A stretch of DNA of 64,000 nucleotides, taken from contig NC_042998.1 of the NCBI RefSeq assembly GCF_006345805.1, positions 50,654,001 through 50,718,000 of the forward strand. Direction: 5' to 3'. Below the pieces are notes generated by a model, which was not told where the DNA came from, did no database searches, and saw only the letters and a program-made list of their open reading frames with translations. The stretch is from Octopus sinensis. Lineage: Eukaryota. Of the stretch, positions 50,315-63,879 are shown one piece after another. The position numbers and the translations under genes were made by a program. Every line of letters begins with the position of its first letter. Positions within the stretch are counted from its first letter, which is position 1.

Positions 50315-51082
50315 GGTGAGCTGGCAGAATTGTTAGCACACTGGACAAAATGTTTAGTGGTATTTCAACCATCACTTCATTCTGATTTCAAATTCCACCA
50401 AGGTCGACTTTGCCATTCATCCTTTCTGGGTCAATAAAATAAGTAACTATTTCTTTATTACCCACAAGGGGCTAAACACAGAGGGGACAAACAAGGACAG
50501 ACATAGGTATTAAGTCGATTACATCGACCCCAGTGCGTAACTGGTACTTAATTTATCGACCCCGAAAGGATGAAAGGCAAAGTCGACCTCGGCGGAATTT
50601 GAACTCACAACGTAGCGACAGACGAAATACGGTTACGCATTTCACCCGGCGTGCTAAAGTTTCTGCCAGCACCATCTTTATGTTCTGGGTCAATAAAATA
50701 AGTACCATCTTTATATTCTGCTGATGTTGACTTTGCCTTTCATCCTTTCAGGGTCGCTAAATTAAGTACCAAACAAGTACTGTGGTCAATGCGATCAACT
50801 TACTCTCTCCCTACAAATTTCAGGCCTTGTGCCTATAGTAGAAAGGATTATTATTATTATAATCAGGCAGCAAGCTGGCAGAATCTTTAGCACACCGGAT
50901 GAAATGCTGAGTTGTATTTTGTCTGCCTCAACGTTCTGAATTCAAATTCCACCGAGGTCAACTTTACCTTTCATTCTTTCGGGGTCAATAAATTAAGTAC
51001 CAGTAAAAACACTGGGGTTGATGTAATCGACTCATCCTCTCCTCCAAAATGGCTGCCCTTGTGGCAAAATTTGAAACCATCA
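50315..51082. mobile_element. Cluster of nested SINE family B copies
   Basis: Plus copy interrupted by a minus copy (~50446-50670) with a duplicated ttctgggtcaataaaataagta, then further plus copies. Confidence 0.75.
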
Positions 51083-51132
51083 TTATTATTGTTGTTGTTA
51101 TTGTTATTATTATTATTATTATTATTTTTCAG

Positions 51133-51197
51133 CTGATGTCCGGAATCAAAGAGCACTTAAGCTTCAGAATGCAACGCCCACACCAATCAACTCACAG
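51133..51197 (+). other. Candidate host-gene exon (65 bp)
   Basis: atttttcAG| .. cag|GTacag; open in two frames; non-repeat. Confidence 0.5.
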
Positions 51198-52249
51198 GTA
51201 CAGTCATCACTTTGTTTACTTCACCTGCTTTGCCACCTTGCTTTCCTCCATCTCTGTAATTGTATTTACCTTATCATTTCATTGCTTCTTTTCTTTGCAA
51301 AGGCTTTTTTTACTTTTTTCATACTGTAAAAGATAGCAGCAGACTAATATATTTCTTGATTTCTTTAATTTCTACACTGTTCTCTTTTCCTTTACTAAAA
51401 ATATGTATAGTTACTTAATGATTCATTTATCATTACTTCAGCAAATAATGGTCAAAGCTGACGAGGTCAGAATAAGACTGAAAAATGTCTGACCTCCCAG
51501 AAAATGAACATCTTCAAAATATTATCATTAAAAAAAATTGCACATTGTAGAGTTTAGTACAAGATATACTCTTCCTTGAAAGAAAAATAGAAGACAGGAT
51601 GGTCATAGTTTGATTGCCTTTCACCACAGTCCTGCTTCATTAGGACCTCGTTAGGTTTAAAGAACAACAAAAATGGTGTTTCAAGGTGTTCTTTTCAAAA
51701 ACAGCAATGCTTAATATAATGGTAGTATATAGTAATACACACCACCTGACTACAGGTTTAACTTCTGTTTTGGACAATGGGATCTCCTACTGAAAGAGAA
51801 GACAAGCAACTTTGGACATTTAAGTGCTGTAATGTCTGCTCTCATTATCTCAATAAAACTCTGCTAGCCACCACTAAAACGATTACAAGCTTGTATTGGT
51901 TCTAATAAAACAGAACAGTGAATTTATAAAATACAAAGACAATGCTCTTGGGGCTCTAAACCAGGAAATACTGGTAATGTTTCTCACTCAGCTTTGTCAA
52001 CTGTTTCAAGTTTACCTCAGCTGTCTGTGTCTGTAGTTCCCCAGCATTAATATAAAGTAAATTACGACTAAGTAACAAGGGAGCCTCTACAGCTCAACTG
52101 ATTTGCTAGAAATCGCTGCCAAATCTCCTTCAGGTTTCATCTTTCATCCTGCAAAAAAAAAAAAAAAAGAGAAAAGAAACACTTGATATAGTGTATCCAA
52201 TGTAGTGCATCTTAGCTATACTATATCTAATAAAAAAAAAAGCACATGT

Positions 52250-52575
52250 CTCAGTGGTTTGAGCGTTGGCCACACAATCATGAGGCAGTGAGTTCAGTTC
52301 TTAGATTGCATTGTGTGTTGTGTTCTTGAGCAATACACTTTATTTCACGTTGCTCCAGTTCACTCAGCTGTAGAAATGAGTTGTGACATCACTGGTTCCA
52401 AGTGGTATCATCCTTTGCTTTTCCCTCGGATAACATCAGTGGCATGAAGAGGGGAGGCTGGTATGCGTGGGCAACTGTTGGTCTTCCATAAAACAATCTT
52501 GCTTGGGCTTGTTCCTTGGAGGCTAACTTTCTAGGGGCAATCTCATGGTTATTCATGACCAGAGAGGGTCTTTAC
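52250..52575 (+). mobile_element. SINE family F
   Basis: tRNA-like head, ttgagcaatacactttatttcacgttgctccag, tail shared with 8063-8260. Confidence 0.75.
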
Positions 52576-53061
52576 CCTTTTTTTTTCTGTAATAAAGAAA
52601 TAAAAAGATGAAATACAGGATGGTCACTGTTGGAATGTCTTTCATCACACATCTACTCAATCAAAACTGACCTGCAGCTAAACAACAACAAAGATAAATA
52701 GATTACCATCCGGATACTGAAATGGATTAGATGGACTAAACTCTTGTATGGCCCTGTGGTTAAGAAGTTCTCTTTATAACCATATAGTTTTGGGTTCAAC
52801 TCCATTGTATGGTACTCAGGGTTAATGTTTTCTACTCTAACCTCAAGTTGACTAATACCTTGTGAGTGTAATTTGGTAGATGGGAACGGTACCAAAGTCT
52901 ATTATTTGTATATATGTGTGTATGTGTCTGTTTGTCTTTACATGTCTGCATTAACACTGCTTGAGTAGCAGGGGCATGGACTTATGTCCTATATTAACAA
53001 ATTTTTAACAGTTAAATGGATCAATATATTGACCCTCACTGCACATTTTATTTCTACAAGT

Positions 53062-53449
53062 GCAGGCGTGGCTGTGTGGTAAGAAGTTTGTTTCCTAAAC
53101 ACATGGTTCAAGGTTCAGTCCCCTGTGTGGCACCTTAGGAGAGTGCTTTCTATGAGCCTTGTGAGTGGATATGGTAAATGGAAACTGAAAGACCATAGTG
53201 TTGGTGTGGCACCTTAGGAGAGTGTTTTCTATTATAGCCCCAGGCCAAAGGCTGCGAGCTGGCAGAAACGTTAGCAGTATTTCATTCATCTTTACGTTTT
53301 GGGTTCAAATTCTGCTGAAGTTGACTTTACCTTTCAGGGTCGATAAATTAAGTACCAGTTGCGTACTGGGTCAATCTAATTGGCTGGCCCCCTCCTCCAA
53401 AATTTCGGGCCTTGTGCCTAGAGTAGAAAAGATTATAGCCCCAGGCCAA
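53062..53449 (+). mobile_element. SINE A interrupted by SINE B with 18-bp TSD
   Basis: attatagccccaggccaa at 53231-53248 and 53432-53449. Confidence 0.8.
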
Positions 53450-53749
53450 CTATAGTATGTGTGTATATTGTTCTCAAAACTATTCAATATTCAAAACCTC
53501 TCTCTGTTTATCTTCATCTTTTACTTGTTTCAGTCATTGGATTTGCAGCCATGCTGATCCATGGCCTTGAAAGCATTAGTCATACAAACTGACCCTCTTC
53601 CCAGTACTTATGTTTTTTAAAGCTTAGTACTTATCTTATTGATCTCCCTTTTTGCTAGACCACTTAGTTACGTAGACATAAGCAAACAAAACACCAGTTG
53701 TCGAGTGGTAGTTGGAGACAAACACAAGTATAAATCACACACACACATA

Positions 53750-53912
53750 CCATCATCATCATCATCCTTTAACGTCTGTTTTCCATGCTGGCATGGGTTG
53801 GCTGGTATGACCATTGCTGATTTTTTGGCCTGGTTTCTATAGTTGGATGCCCTTCCTAACGGCAACCACTTACTGTGTTTGCTGGGTACTTTCAGTGTGC
53901 CACTGGCACAAT
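53750..53912 (-). mobile_element. RTE 3'-end fragment
   Basis: catcatcatc..ccatgctggcatgggttgg..ggatgcccttcctaacg. Confidence 0.75.
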
Positions 53913-54109
53913 ACATACACACACACACACTGCTCATGATCAGAGATGCACATTTTGTCAGCCACTAAGGGACATGTTCTGCTGGTTAAGATCTGTGGCA
54001 TTGAGCAGAATATTTGCTGTAGCCTATCTTTTACATCAAGACAAAACACATACATGTTAACACTTGCAACCAGTTAATCCATGAGAGTCACTACCTAGTA
54101 CTGTATCAC

Positions 54110-54545
54110 GGCCTTTGCTGAATTGTTAACATGCTGGATGAAATGCTTAGCAGTATTTTTCCCATTGCTACGTTCTGAGTTCAAATTCCACCAAGGTTTG
54201 CCTTTCATCTTTTTGGGGTCGATGAATTAAGTACCAGTGAAATGCTGGGGTCGATGAAATCGACTAGTTCCCACCCTGCAAATTTCAGGCCTTGTGCCTT
54301 TAGTAGAAAGGATTGTTATTATTATTAAGGCAGTGAGCTGGCATAATCGTTAGCATGCTGGGCAAAATGCTGAGCGGTATTTTGTCTGCCACTTTGTTCT
54401 GAGTTCCAATTCTACCAAGTTCAGTTTTGCCTTTCATCCTTTCGGGGTCAATAAATTAAGTACCAGTTGAGTACTCGGATTGATGTAATTGACTTGTTCC
54501 TCCCACAGAATTTCAGGCCTTGCACCTATAGTTGACAGGATTATT
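54110..54545 (+). mobile_element. SINE family B, two tandem copies
   Basis: Family B core twice. Confidence 0.75.
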
Positions 54546-55017
54546 ATTATTTCCCCTTTTTTTGACGTGTTCTCTGTTAATTAATAGATAACTAAGATAC
54601 TGTGTTGGTAGTGAATATAAAGATTAGGAGTGCACAGAACACTTGTAGGATTATCAGTGATTATGAAATGAGTTTGTTTTCTGAGTTTCTCATCCTGAAG
54701 GCAACAAACATTGACCTAGCTAGCCCCTATCTATCTTTGTGCTATACTTGGTCAGTGAAAAATGAGATGATATAAAGAATGATGTTACCAATGGTAGGAA
54801 ATAGTGCTGAGAAAGTAAAAAAAAATAGAATAGATGGCATAATATGTAGAGGATCTGACAAAACTTCTTTGTGATATTTAGTTGTGAGTTTTGATCCCAA
54901 TCAGGTCAACTTCAGTTTTCATTCTCTTGAAATCAATAAAATAAATACTAGTTAATCCTTTAATACACAAAAATTTAGTTTTCATTTTACATTTAATTAA
55001 GATTGAATAAGTACTAT

Positions 55018-55300
55018 ACCTTTTACTTGTTTCAGCCATTTGACTGTGGCCATGCTGGAGTATTGTCTTGAAGGGTTTTAGTCAGACAAATCAACCACAG
55101 GGCTTTTTTTTTTTAAAGTCCAGTACTTATTTTATCGGTTTGTTTTGCTGAACTACTAAGGTTACAGGGACATAAACACACCAACGTCAGTTCTCAAGCA
55201 GTGGTGGGGGACAAAAAAGACACATGCATATATATATATATATGTACAATGAGCTACTTTTAGTTTCCATTGACCATATCCACTCACAAGATTTCAGTCA
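55018..55300 (-). mobile_element. SINE family A 3' part, CpG-depleted
   Basis: Family A match. Confidence 0.75.
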
Positions 55301-55744
55301 GCCTCCGGACATTACATCATGAATGGTTTAAGAACTGGAGTCATTATAATCAATTATAAACTTGAAAGTGATGCCCCAGCATGACCTCAATCCAGTGGCA
55401 GAAACTAGTAAAAAGGAAGTAGGAAAATAACTTGAGAATCTTAGAGCAGTTTTGAAAATTGCTCAAATTAAATGAGATAAAATCAAGAATCACCCCCACT
55501 TATGAATTTTTCATTTGGGATCAACCAGATTGGGTCTGCTGTTCCAGTTGCTCAGGTCAATCAGTTTTCAATTGAATGGTTGTTTTAACTAGAATTTCAT
55601 ACCATGAATCCTAAGTATTCCATCCAAGGTCATCCTGCCTTTTTTAAGATAGAAGAGTGAGGTTTGACTACTATTTCTAACAGTTCAAGCTACCTTGTAG
55701 AGGCTTCCTTGAAAAACATTGCTGGCACTTTATTGATTACAGTG

Positions 55745-56050
55745 ACAAGGTTTCCAGTTAATCCAATCAATGGAACAGCCTGCTCATGAAATTAATGTGC
55801 AAGTGGCTGAGCACTCCACGGACATGCATACCCTTAACGTAGTAGTTGTCGAGGGAGTTTCAGCATGACACAGAATGTGACAAGGCCGGTCTGTTGAAAT
55901 ACAAATACTACTCATTTTTGGCAGGGAAATGGGCTGAAGCAATGTGAAATAAAATGCCTTGCTCAAGGACACGTATTGCCAGGGATTGAACTCACAACCT
56001 TACAGCTGTGAGTCAAATACCCCTAACCACTAAGCCACATGCCTTCACTC
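55745..56050 (-). mobile_element. SINE family G
   Basis: Reverse complement of 40500-40800. Confidence 0.75.
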
Positions 56051-56252
56051 TTGTAAAACCGTAGAGCAACTACGTCACCTATAATAGTTATAGCGTTTTA
56101 GAATTTACACCTTTTAGTAGATAATGATGAAAATGTATCTACATGTAATAGATGGCTTGCAAGAAAACCCAATTGTTTAAATTTATCTTCATTACACTTT
56201 AGATCAACTTTTTGTTACAAATAATGGGGTGATTTTTATTCTTATTTATTTA

Positions 56253-56630
56253 CTAGCAGTATTGCTCGGGTTTGTTTCGAACCTTTAGAATTGGAATTTT
56301 TGAAAAGTAAAAATTTTGCATTATGTAACTTGTTATTCTCTTTAAGTGAACATTTTTCTGGTTGAAATACACCAAAAAATGGCGACACAGCAGTAAAAAA
56401 AATCGTAAAAAATAGGAATTTTCATAGAAAAAAAGCACCTCTTTGATGTAAATAATTTTTGGTGTTAACATGGTCTGATTTGAATTTTTTCTTCTACGGA
56501 ATGAAGAGCAAACCTTCTATCATACTTTCAATTTTGGTCAACTTGAGCCACAGGGTCTCGGAGGAGATAGTGTTAGTTGAAGGCTACCAAACCTGCCACA
56601 CAGACAACTTCAGCTTTGTATATATATAGA
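56253..56630 (-). mobile_element. Non-autonomous Helitron
   Basis: A|CTAG .. GA|T; family of 4782-5172. Confidence 0.85.
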
Positions 56631-56861
56631 TTAAGAGATATGTAGTTATGCTTCCATATTATATTCCAGATTAAGACAGTGAGTTAACGGAATGACTATG
56701 GAATTTGGATAAAATTAAAAATTCTACTGAGGTCGACTTTGCCTTTCATCCTTTCAGGATTGATAAGATAAATACTAGTTGAGTACAAGGGTCAGTATAA
56801 CTGACTCCCACCTACTCTCAAAATCGCTGGCTTTGTATCAGAATTAGAAAGAAATATTAGT

Positions 56862-57227
56862 ATAGGCGCAGGAGTGGCTGTGTGGTAAGTAGCTTGCTTA
56901 CCAACCACATGGTTCTGGGTTCAGTCCCACTGCGTGGCACTTTGGGCAAGTGTCTTCTACTATAGCCTCGGGCCGACCAAATGGAAACTGAAAGAAACCC
57001 GTCGTATATATATGTGTATGTTTGTGTGTCTTTGTCCCCCAACATCGCTTGACAACCGATGGTGGTGTGTTTACGTCCCCGTAACTTAGCAGTTCGGCAA
57101 AAGAGACCGATAGAATAAGTACTAGGCTTACAAAGAATAAGTCCTGGGATCGATTTCCTCGACTAAAGGTGGTGCTCAAGCATGGCCACAGTCAAATGAC
57201 TGAAACAAGTTAAAGAGTAAAGAGAGT
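56862..57227 (+). mobile_element. SINE family A, young copy
   Basis: Close to consensus. Confidence 0.9.
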
Positions 57228-58071
57228 AGATTCTTTTAGAGAAAAGTAGGATTCTACTTCTTGCCTTTCCTTTTTCTTTTTTTCCTTTCTTTTTCCTTTT
57301 TTTTTTTTTTTTTGAGAGAGAGAGAATGTGTATGGTGAGAGACTGGGATTTATTTGTTTTTACATAAATTTCATAATTTAAGAAACAGTATGCATAATGT
57401 TTCTCTTTTTGTTACTTTTCCCCTTTAGAATTTTTTTTATTGTTATAATCATTTATTTTTTTCTTTTTATTTTTTTCTGTATTTAGCGGCCCAATATATC
57501 GTTAGTCCCCGTCAAACTGACTTGCCGTCAGAAGTTGTACCAACAACAGTTAACAAAATTTATATATTATCAAAACACTTAAAACAAAAATGTAAACGAT
57601 CAGCTTTCACTAGGGATTTTATTACTCCCTAGGGTCCAGGTAACATATATTTTATTGGATAGCACTGCACCTTTGTCATTTCTGTTAAGGAAAGCCACCT
57701 GACAAAACCCTTCGAATACACTTAGATATTAGGCAAACTGACCTTAATGTTCGTTGAATAACAGTCACTTCTTTAACCAGTCCTGCACTGTATATAGAAG
57801 ATATTTTACTCACTGTTATGTCGTTAATCAGTCGTTAGATTCTTATGTATTATTTATTGTAGAAAGTGTATTTAGGAATCTGAAATTGTCCCGACCAAAT
57901 GCATTTTACATTCTCATATTCACTATATCTTTACATTGTTTTTTATAGGCATCTTGTTGTTGTTGTAGTTGATGTTGTAGTATTTGTTGTTGTTGTTGTT
58001 GAGTAACTGTGAATGATCGGAAGCCTTTTGTATGGAAGTAACTTATCAAATAAGTAGTTCTATTGTACCAA

Positions 58072-58468
58072 TCTCTTCTCTATATATATAAAGCTGAAGT
58101 TGTCTGTGTGTGGCAGGTTTGGTAGCCTTCAACTAACACTATCTCCTCCGAGACCCTGCAGCGTAAGTTGACCAAAATTGAGAGTATGATAGAAGAAGGC
58201 TTGCTCTTCCTTCCGTAGAAGAAAAAATTCAAATCGGACCATGTTAACACCAAAAATTATTTACATCAAAAAGGTGCTTTTTTTCTACAAAAATCCCTAT
58301 TTTTTACGATTTTTTTACTGCTGTGTCGCCATTTTTCAGTGTATTCCAACCAGAAAAATGTTCACTTAAAGAGAATAACAAGCTACATAATGCAAAATTT
58401 TTACTATTCAAAAATTCCAATTCTAAAGGGTCGAAACAAACCCGAGCAATGCTGGGTGATACTGCTAG
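58072..58468 (+). mobile_element. Non-autonomous Helitron
   Basis: A|TC .. cccgagcaatgctggg hairpin .. CTAG|T. Confidence 0.9.
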
Positions 58469-59091
58469 TATAGAATAAGAAGATTCCTTCCTAACTGTGA
58501 AATTATATGGTCTGAGTGAGCTTGGTTGATAGAAACTGAAAGAAGCCTGTTGTGTGTGTCTTTGTCTTGACATCATGTGAAGGTTGCAAACAAGCCCCTG
58601 CCCTTATACAAGCAATATTGTTCACGTCCAGTCTTCCATAAAAAAACCTGTCTGGCCATGGGAAAACATTGCTTTGCTTGGAAACTGATGAGGTTTGGTG
58701 ACAGGAAAGGCATTTGGGAGTAGAAAATCTTCCCCAATAAATTCCAGCTGACCCATGCATGCATGGAACAGCAAATGTACAATAATAATGATAACGATGA
58801 CAACAACACACACACATTCAGTGCTTGTAATTCTCTGTTCAGATGCTCTTATCTAGCTTTGTAGTAATGATCGATGGGGACGGTGGGAATATTGGACAGG
58901 GTTCTGATTTGACAGTCAAGCCAGTTTAAATTATGCATTGTCATTTCTCAGTGTTGTATATTAATAGTGCACTAAATGCTGGTATGTCTTTGTATGCATG
59001 CTCACTTATGCACATAGCACTGATATTGATGTATTCACTCAACTACTTGGGCTTGCTTCTCATCTCTTAATATTTTCTTTGTTATTTACAG

Positions 59092-59102
59092 GATTGAATT
59101 AA
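59092..59102 (+). other. Candidate 11-nt micro-exon
   Basis: tattttctttgttatttacAG|gattgaattaa|GTaaat. Confidence 0.35.
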
Positions 59103-59117
59103 GTAAATGAGTCCCTT

Positions 59118-59154
<37 letters not shown>

Positions 59155-60026
59155 TATTGCCAGTTGATGAGACTGATTTGTTTATAGAAAGGTTCATGTT
59201 ACCATTACCCAGAGGTGACATTCATTGTCAATTACTGTTAGATCTGTCTTAGCCTCAATTTACATTATTTTAAGAAATGCATTACTAAGGTATTTCTCAA
59301 CCATTTTTTTTTTTATCTATGGACCCCTTTGATTACTATTTTATTCTGGTGGATTCCATCACCACAAGAAGTTTAAAAACTAATTTCATAGATACTTCTG
59401 TATTTTTGTCATTAAGGTGATGTTGACATAAATTTATGACTGGGAGGTTTCCAAACTTTTCATATTAACAAACTACTTTTTGAAAGTAAAAATAATGAAT
59501 GTCCAAGTCCCCATACTCATTATTATTATTATACTCTCTAAGGAACCTTTATGCAGTCCTGAGTAGGACACACAGAATTACGCGATGGGAGAATTTACCA
59601 GTGACTAATAACTCATTGTAGGCACTGGCATTGGACACTGACCATTGTGGTTAGCTGGTATCTAGGACCAAACAGAGAGCTAACACCGTATCTACCTGAA
59701 TAATATATCCCTACAAACTCATATATATGTGTGTGTGTGTGCGTATATATATATATATATATATATATATGTTACTACTTATTACTATATATTATTACAG
59801 TGAATGTTCTTGTTAATCATCTTGTATTTCCTTCAGCAAGTTCTTTTTGTTTCTCTCCCTTATTTCTTTGTTTTTTTCAAAATTTCTAGTGTTCTCATTG
59901 ATTTTCTCCCTTCTCTCACTGCTACTGAACACATAACCTCCCCTCTCTCTACCTGATACCGTCACAAAACATTACTATTCGTTTAGAGTTCTGCTTGAAA
60001 CTTTTGTCTTGTCTTTTTCCTCGCAG

Positions 60027-60213
60027 CAAACCAATTTACACCACAATTATCTCAACCTATCATACTTGAGTTTATAAATGTTTCCTGTCAGTTCTTCCTT
60101 CTAAACTGCATTAAGCCAACCATAAATTGTCCTATTCAACCCAAAATGTCTAATGTTGCTAGTATTCTCAGGAAACAAAAAGACAAAATTGCACAGCCAC
60201 CACTTGCAGACAA
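60027..60213 (+). CDS. Candidate coding exon of an unidentified host gene (..MSNVASILRKQKDKIAQPPLADK)
   Basis: cttttgtcttgtctttttcctcgcAG| acceptor; |GTatgt donor; open frame; aaaATG at 60146. Confidence 0.55.
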
Positions 60214-62777
60214 GTATGTCTTGATAGGATGTACCATAATTTTTCACTTAACCTTTTCACTTTCTCTGAGCTGTCATCCTCTCCCAGGTCATTTTTGTTT
60301 TGAATTTTCAGCAATGTGTCTGTAACTTTGCCTTTTTCTTGGTAGTGCAGTTGGCCCTATGCAAACCCAGTTTTATTTCTGGGTACTGTAGACTGTAGAG
60401 CTGATTTTTCTTCTGTCTGGTAAACTGAAACCAATAGAATTAGATGCCTTACTTTTGAGGCGGCGAGCTGGGAAAAATGCTTAGCGGTATTTCGTCTGCC
60501 GTTACGTTCTGAGTTCAAATTCCACCAAGGTCGACTTAATCCCTTTGTCTGTCCTTGTTTGTCCCCTCTATGTTTAGCCCCTTGTAAGCAGTAAGAATTA
60601 GATGCCTTACTGAGGCACAGAACAAGAAATGTAGTAACGCCAAACTTAATAACATTGTGGTCTGACACCAAGAACCTAAACCTCACAGCTATTCTACCTC
60701 ATAATTCAGATAATTTTATTCTTGGAGTTTAGTTCCAGGTCAGCCATGACTAAGCTTAATTATGGTAAAACCGGTTGCAGTCATAGCCTTTGTGTGTTAA
60801 TGCATTGCATATCTAAGACTACAATATCAGATGTTTCCTTCCCTTTCCATAATGGTAGGTGTAGTTTGAGTGTGATTTGGTTGCTATTTCTTGCACGTGA
60901 AGGGACTCACTCTCTCGTGCCAGTTTATTTACAAGAATGTGTTAGTTCCAAAAGAATATCTCTAGTCAGCATTCTTTTGTTTTTCTTCTGTCAAACATCA
61001 AGGGAAGGGCTTATGTTTTTCGGTCTTTGATATTTTAAATCCCTTTGTGAGTCATTTATTTTACCTTGAGTTGTTTAGCCGAAATATTAGCGCCAGTTTA
61101 TTTGGGAAGTTCTTATATTCTGCCATGTAACGTTGGTAGAAATGTAATCCGATACAGGCAGTTACCATTATCAGTCCTGTTATCTCACATGAAATAAAGA
61201 CCAAGATGACAAACCAGTGCTATAGAGATTCTCATTTACACTACAACAATCCAAAGGGTTTCCTCTCTATGGTAGTTCAATTACTTTTAAGCAGTAAAAT
61301 TTACTTGCAGCATGCTTATTATATTCTCAAAATTTAATGTTCAGCCACCGAGTTGTCAGCCCATTGCACCATATTAGTATTTTAGTTTTTTTATATATAT
61401 TTTTTTTATTTTACTGAAATAGTCTTTGTTACAATTATTCACTTGTAGTTTTCTTTTGATTTCTTCAGAAATGAAATTCATTGTTTATTTCACCATAATC
61501 TAATAAAAGACGGTTTTCTAATTAATTTTTTTTCTTTCTCTGTGAAATGATATTTCTTCCCTTTTTCTTAAGTCATTACTGTTTTCCAGAATTCTTGGCT
61601 TGTTTTTCTTTGTTTTTAAAAAATATTTTTTCTGTGTTTATGTAGATGTGTGTTGTTTTTTTCTTTGTATTTTTATGCAATTTTTTTTCCATTTTGTTTT
61701 GTGTCTTTCTTTTGTTGCTTTCGTCATAACTAATTCTGGCAACTGATAGCTGGCACTCTACTTCACATTAGAAATTATGCTAGTTTGAAACAACACACGG
61801 AATGTGGAATGGCTGATGAATTAGTCTCAAAAGAAAGATAAAAACAACACTAACACAGACAAAAGAATATATAAATAAATAAAGTAAATAATAATAATAA
61901 TAACAATAAAAAAAAACATGTCGCTAGATCAGTGACATGAATTTTAAACAAAATTGCTTAGAAAAGCAACAGACTTCTCTTGAGACAGAATTATCATCTC
62001 TGTCTTTCTCATTCAGTTCCAGTTTCTTTATTTAAGTTAGAATAGGGGTAAGTTTTTGAGTGTATGCTATAATCTATAGCATAACTGTTGTAGCTGTTTA
62101 ACCCAAGGTTAATCATACTTGATAGACCTATGGTCAGAAACATTCCAGTTTTGATCGCATTTTGTCCCTCCTGTTCTTATTTATTTATTTTAAATGATAG
62201 GGTGTCATTTTGTTGGAAATTTGGCCGTGATAGAAGCTTTCCTTGTTGGCTCGGAATCTGTAATGCATATGTGAGTGCTGGGGTATTTGGTAAAAATAAT
62301 GGCTAGATTGTGAAGAAAGATAAGAAGTGATGTTTAGTGAGTCATAAGGAAAAATGTTGGCTGGAATGAGAAGGAAAACAGGTGATTGTATGAGTAATAA
62401 AATCTATGGCAGTGCATTTGGTAGATTTATGGGTTTAGATGTTAGAAATAAATATGATAGTAGAAGCTGTAGTGAAAGAGAGTGGTGGTAGAATTTGTAG
62501 TAATGACACACAGAAATTCGTGGAAGAAAACTTGTGAACTAGATACAGTAACTGATTTCCAACTCATAGGTCTTGTGTTCAAATCCACTACAAGCATTTT
62601 ATTTCATTTTTTTTTTATTCCATTTGATATTTGAGCAGTTTACTTAGAAGTAGATACATGTTCAATTCATCTAACTTTCTGGAACAGATAACAAATTAGC
62701 TGGATTTGAATGGCTTTGCCATGAAACCAGAGTGAAACTGTAGCCCCTACAAGCTCCCCTTTGACTTACACTGGATC

Positions 62778-63180
62778 TTTTATCTTTTACTTGTTTCAGC
62801 CATAATACTGCAGCCATGCTGGGGCACCACTTTGAAGAATTTGTAGTCAAATGAACCAATCCCAATGCTTGTTTTTTTTTTAAAGCCTGGTACTTTTGTC
62901 TGTTAGTCTTTTTTACCAAACTACTAAATTACAGGGGCATAAGTACCAATTTTCAAGCAGTGGTGGGGGGCAAAGACTCACATATACATATACATGCATG
63001 CATGCATATATACATACATATTTATGACAGGCTTCTTACAGTTTCCATCTACCAAATCCTCTCACAAAGCTTTAGTCAGCCCCAGACTATAGCAGACACT
63101 TATCCAAGCTGCCATGCAGTGGAACTGAACTTGGAACCCTGTGGTTATGAAGCAAGCTTCTTACCAAACAGCTACACCTG
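62778..63180 (-). mobile_element. SINE family A, CpG-depleted
   Basis: Family A match. Confidence 0.75.
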
Positions 63181-63879
63181 TTTTTATATTTTTATCACAG
63201 AAGAATATATATGGTTGAGTGTATAGTTGCATTTTTGGGGGTAATACTGAATAATGAAGAAATAAGTTCAAAAGAAACATCATTGGTGTTTGTATTCAGT
63301 AAATGGCATTTTTCTTAACCACACATTCTTGTTTTCTTTGGTTCAGTCAAAGAAGGAGCAGCACCTTTCATCTTTAAAGGGCCTCCATGATTGGTGTAGA
63401 TTAAGTCAGGAGGAAACTAAGGAGCCAAGAACTGCTGTGGTCCATCTGAGGAACTTCTGCACGGTTTTCAACCTTCTATTTTCACTCACAATGCTTGGGT
63501 TGGCTCAAGGCTTTGGTTGAAGACACTTGCTCAATGTGTTGCACAGTTGGCTCAAACCTAGAATCATTTAGTTGTGAAACAAACTTCTTCACCACTCAGC
63601 CATGCTTACAACTATTTGCCTTCATCATCTCCTGTATGCCTTAACCTTCAAAGATTTTGGGCTAATACCATATGAGCTGCCACTCTGATGCTGACTCATC
63701 TTCAGCACAGTAGACTATAGCATGCACTGTAAATGAATTGCCTTGTCTAAGAACACATTGTGCCACCCATTGCAGGAATCAGGTTCACAATCTTAGTTGT
63801 GAATTCAACAATTGAATCTTAGTTGTGAATTCAACCAATTGACCAAGAACTTTCATATGCAATTTGCTTTAGTTTGGTC

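Noticed and set aside
51442-51465. 24-bp exon QIMVKADE
   Set aside because: Weak donor (GTcaga) and no independent support.
63346-63520. Next coding exon after 60213
   Set aside because: Stop codon after 10 codons in the required phase; the sequence looks repeat-derived.
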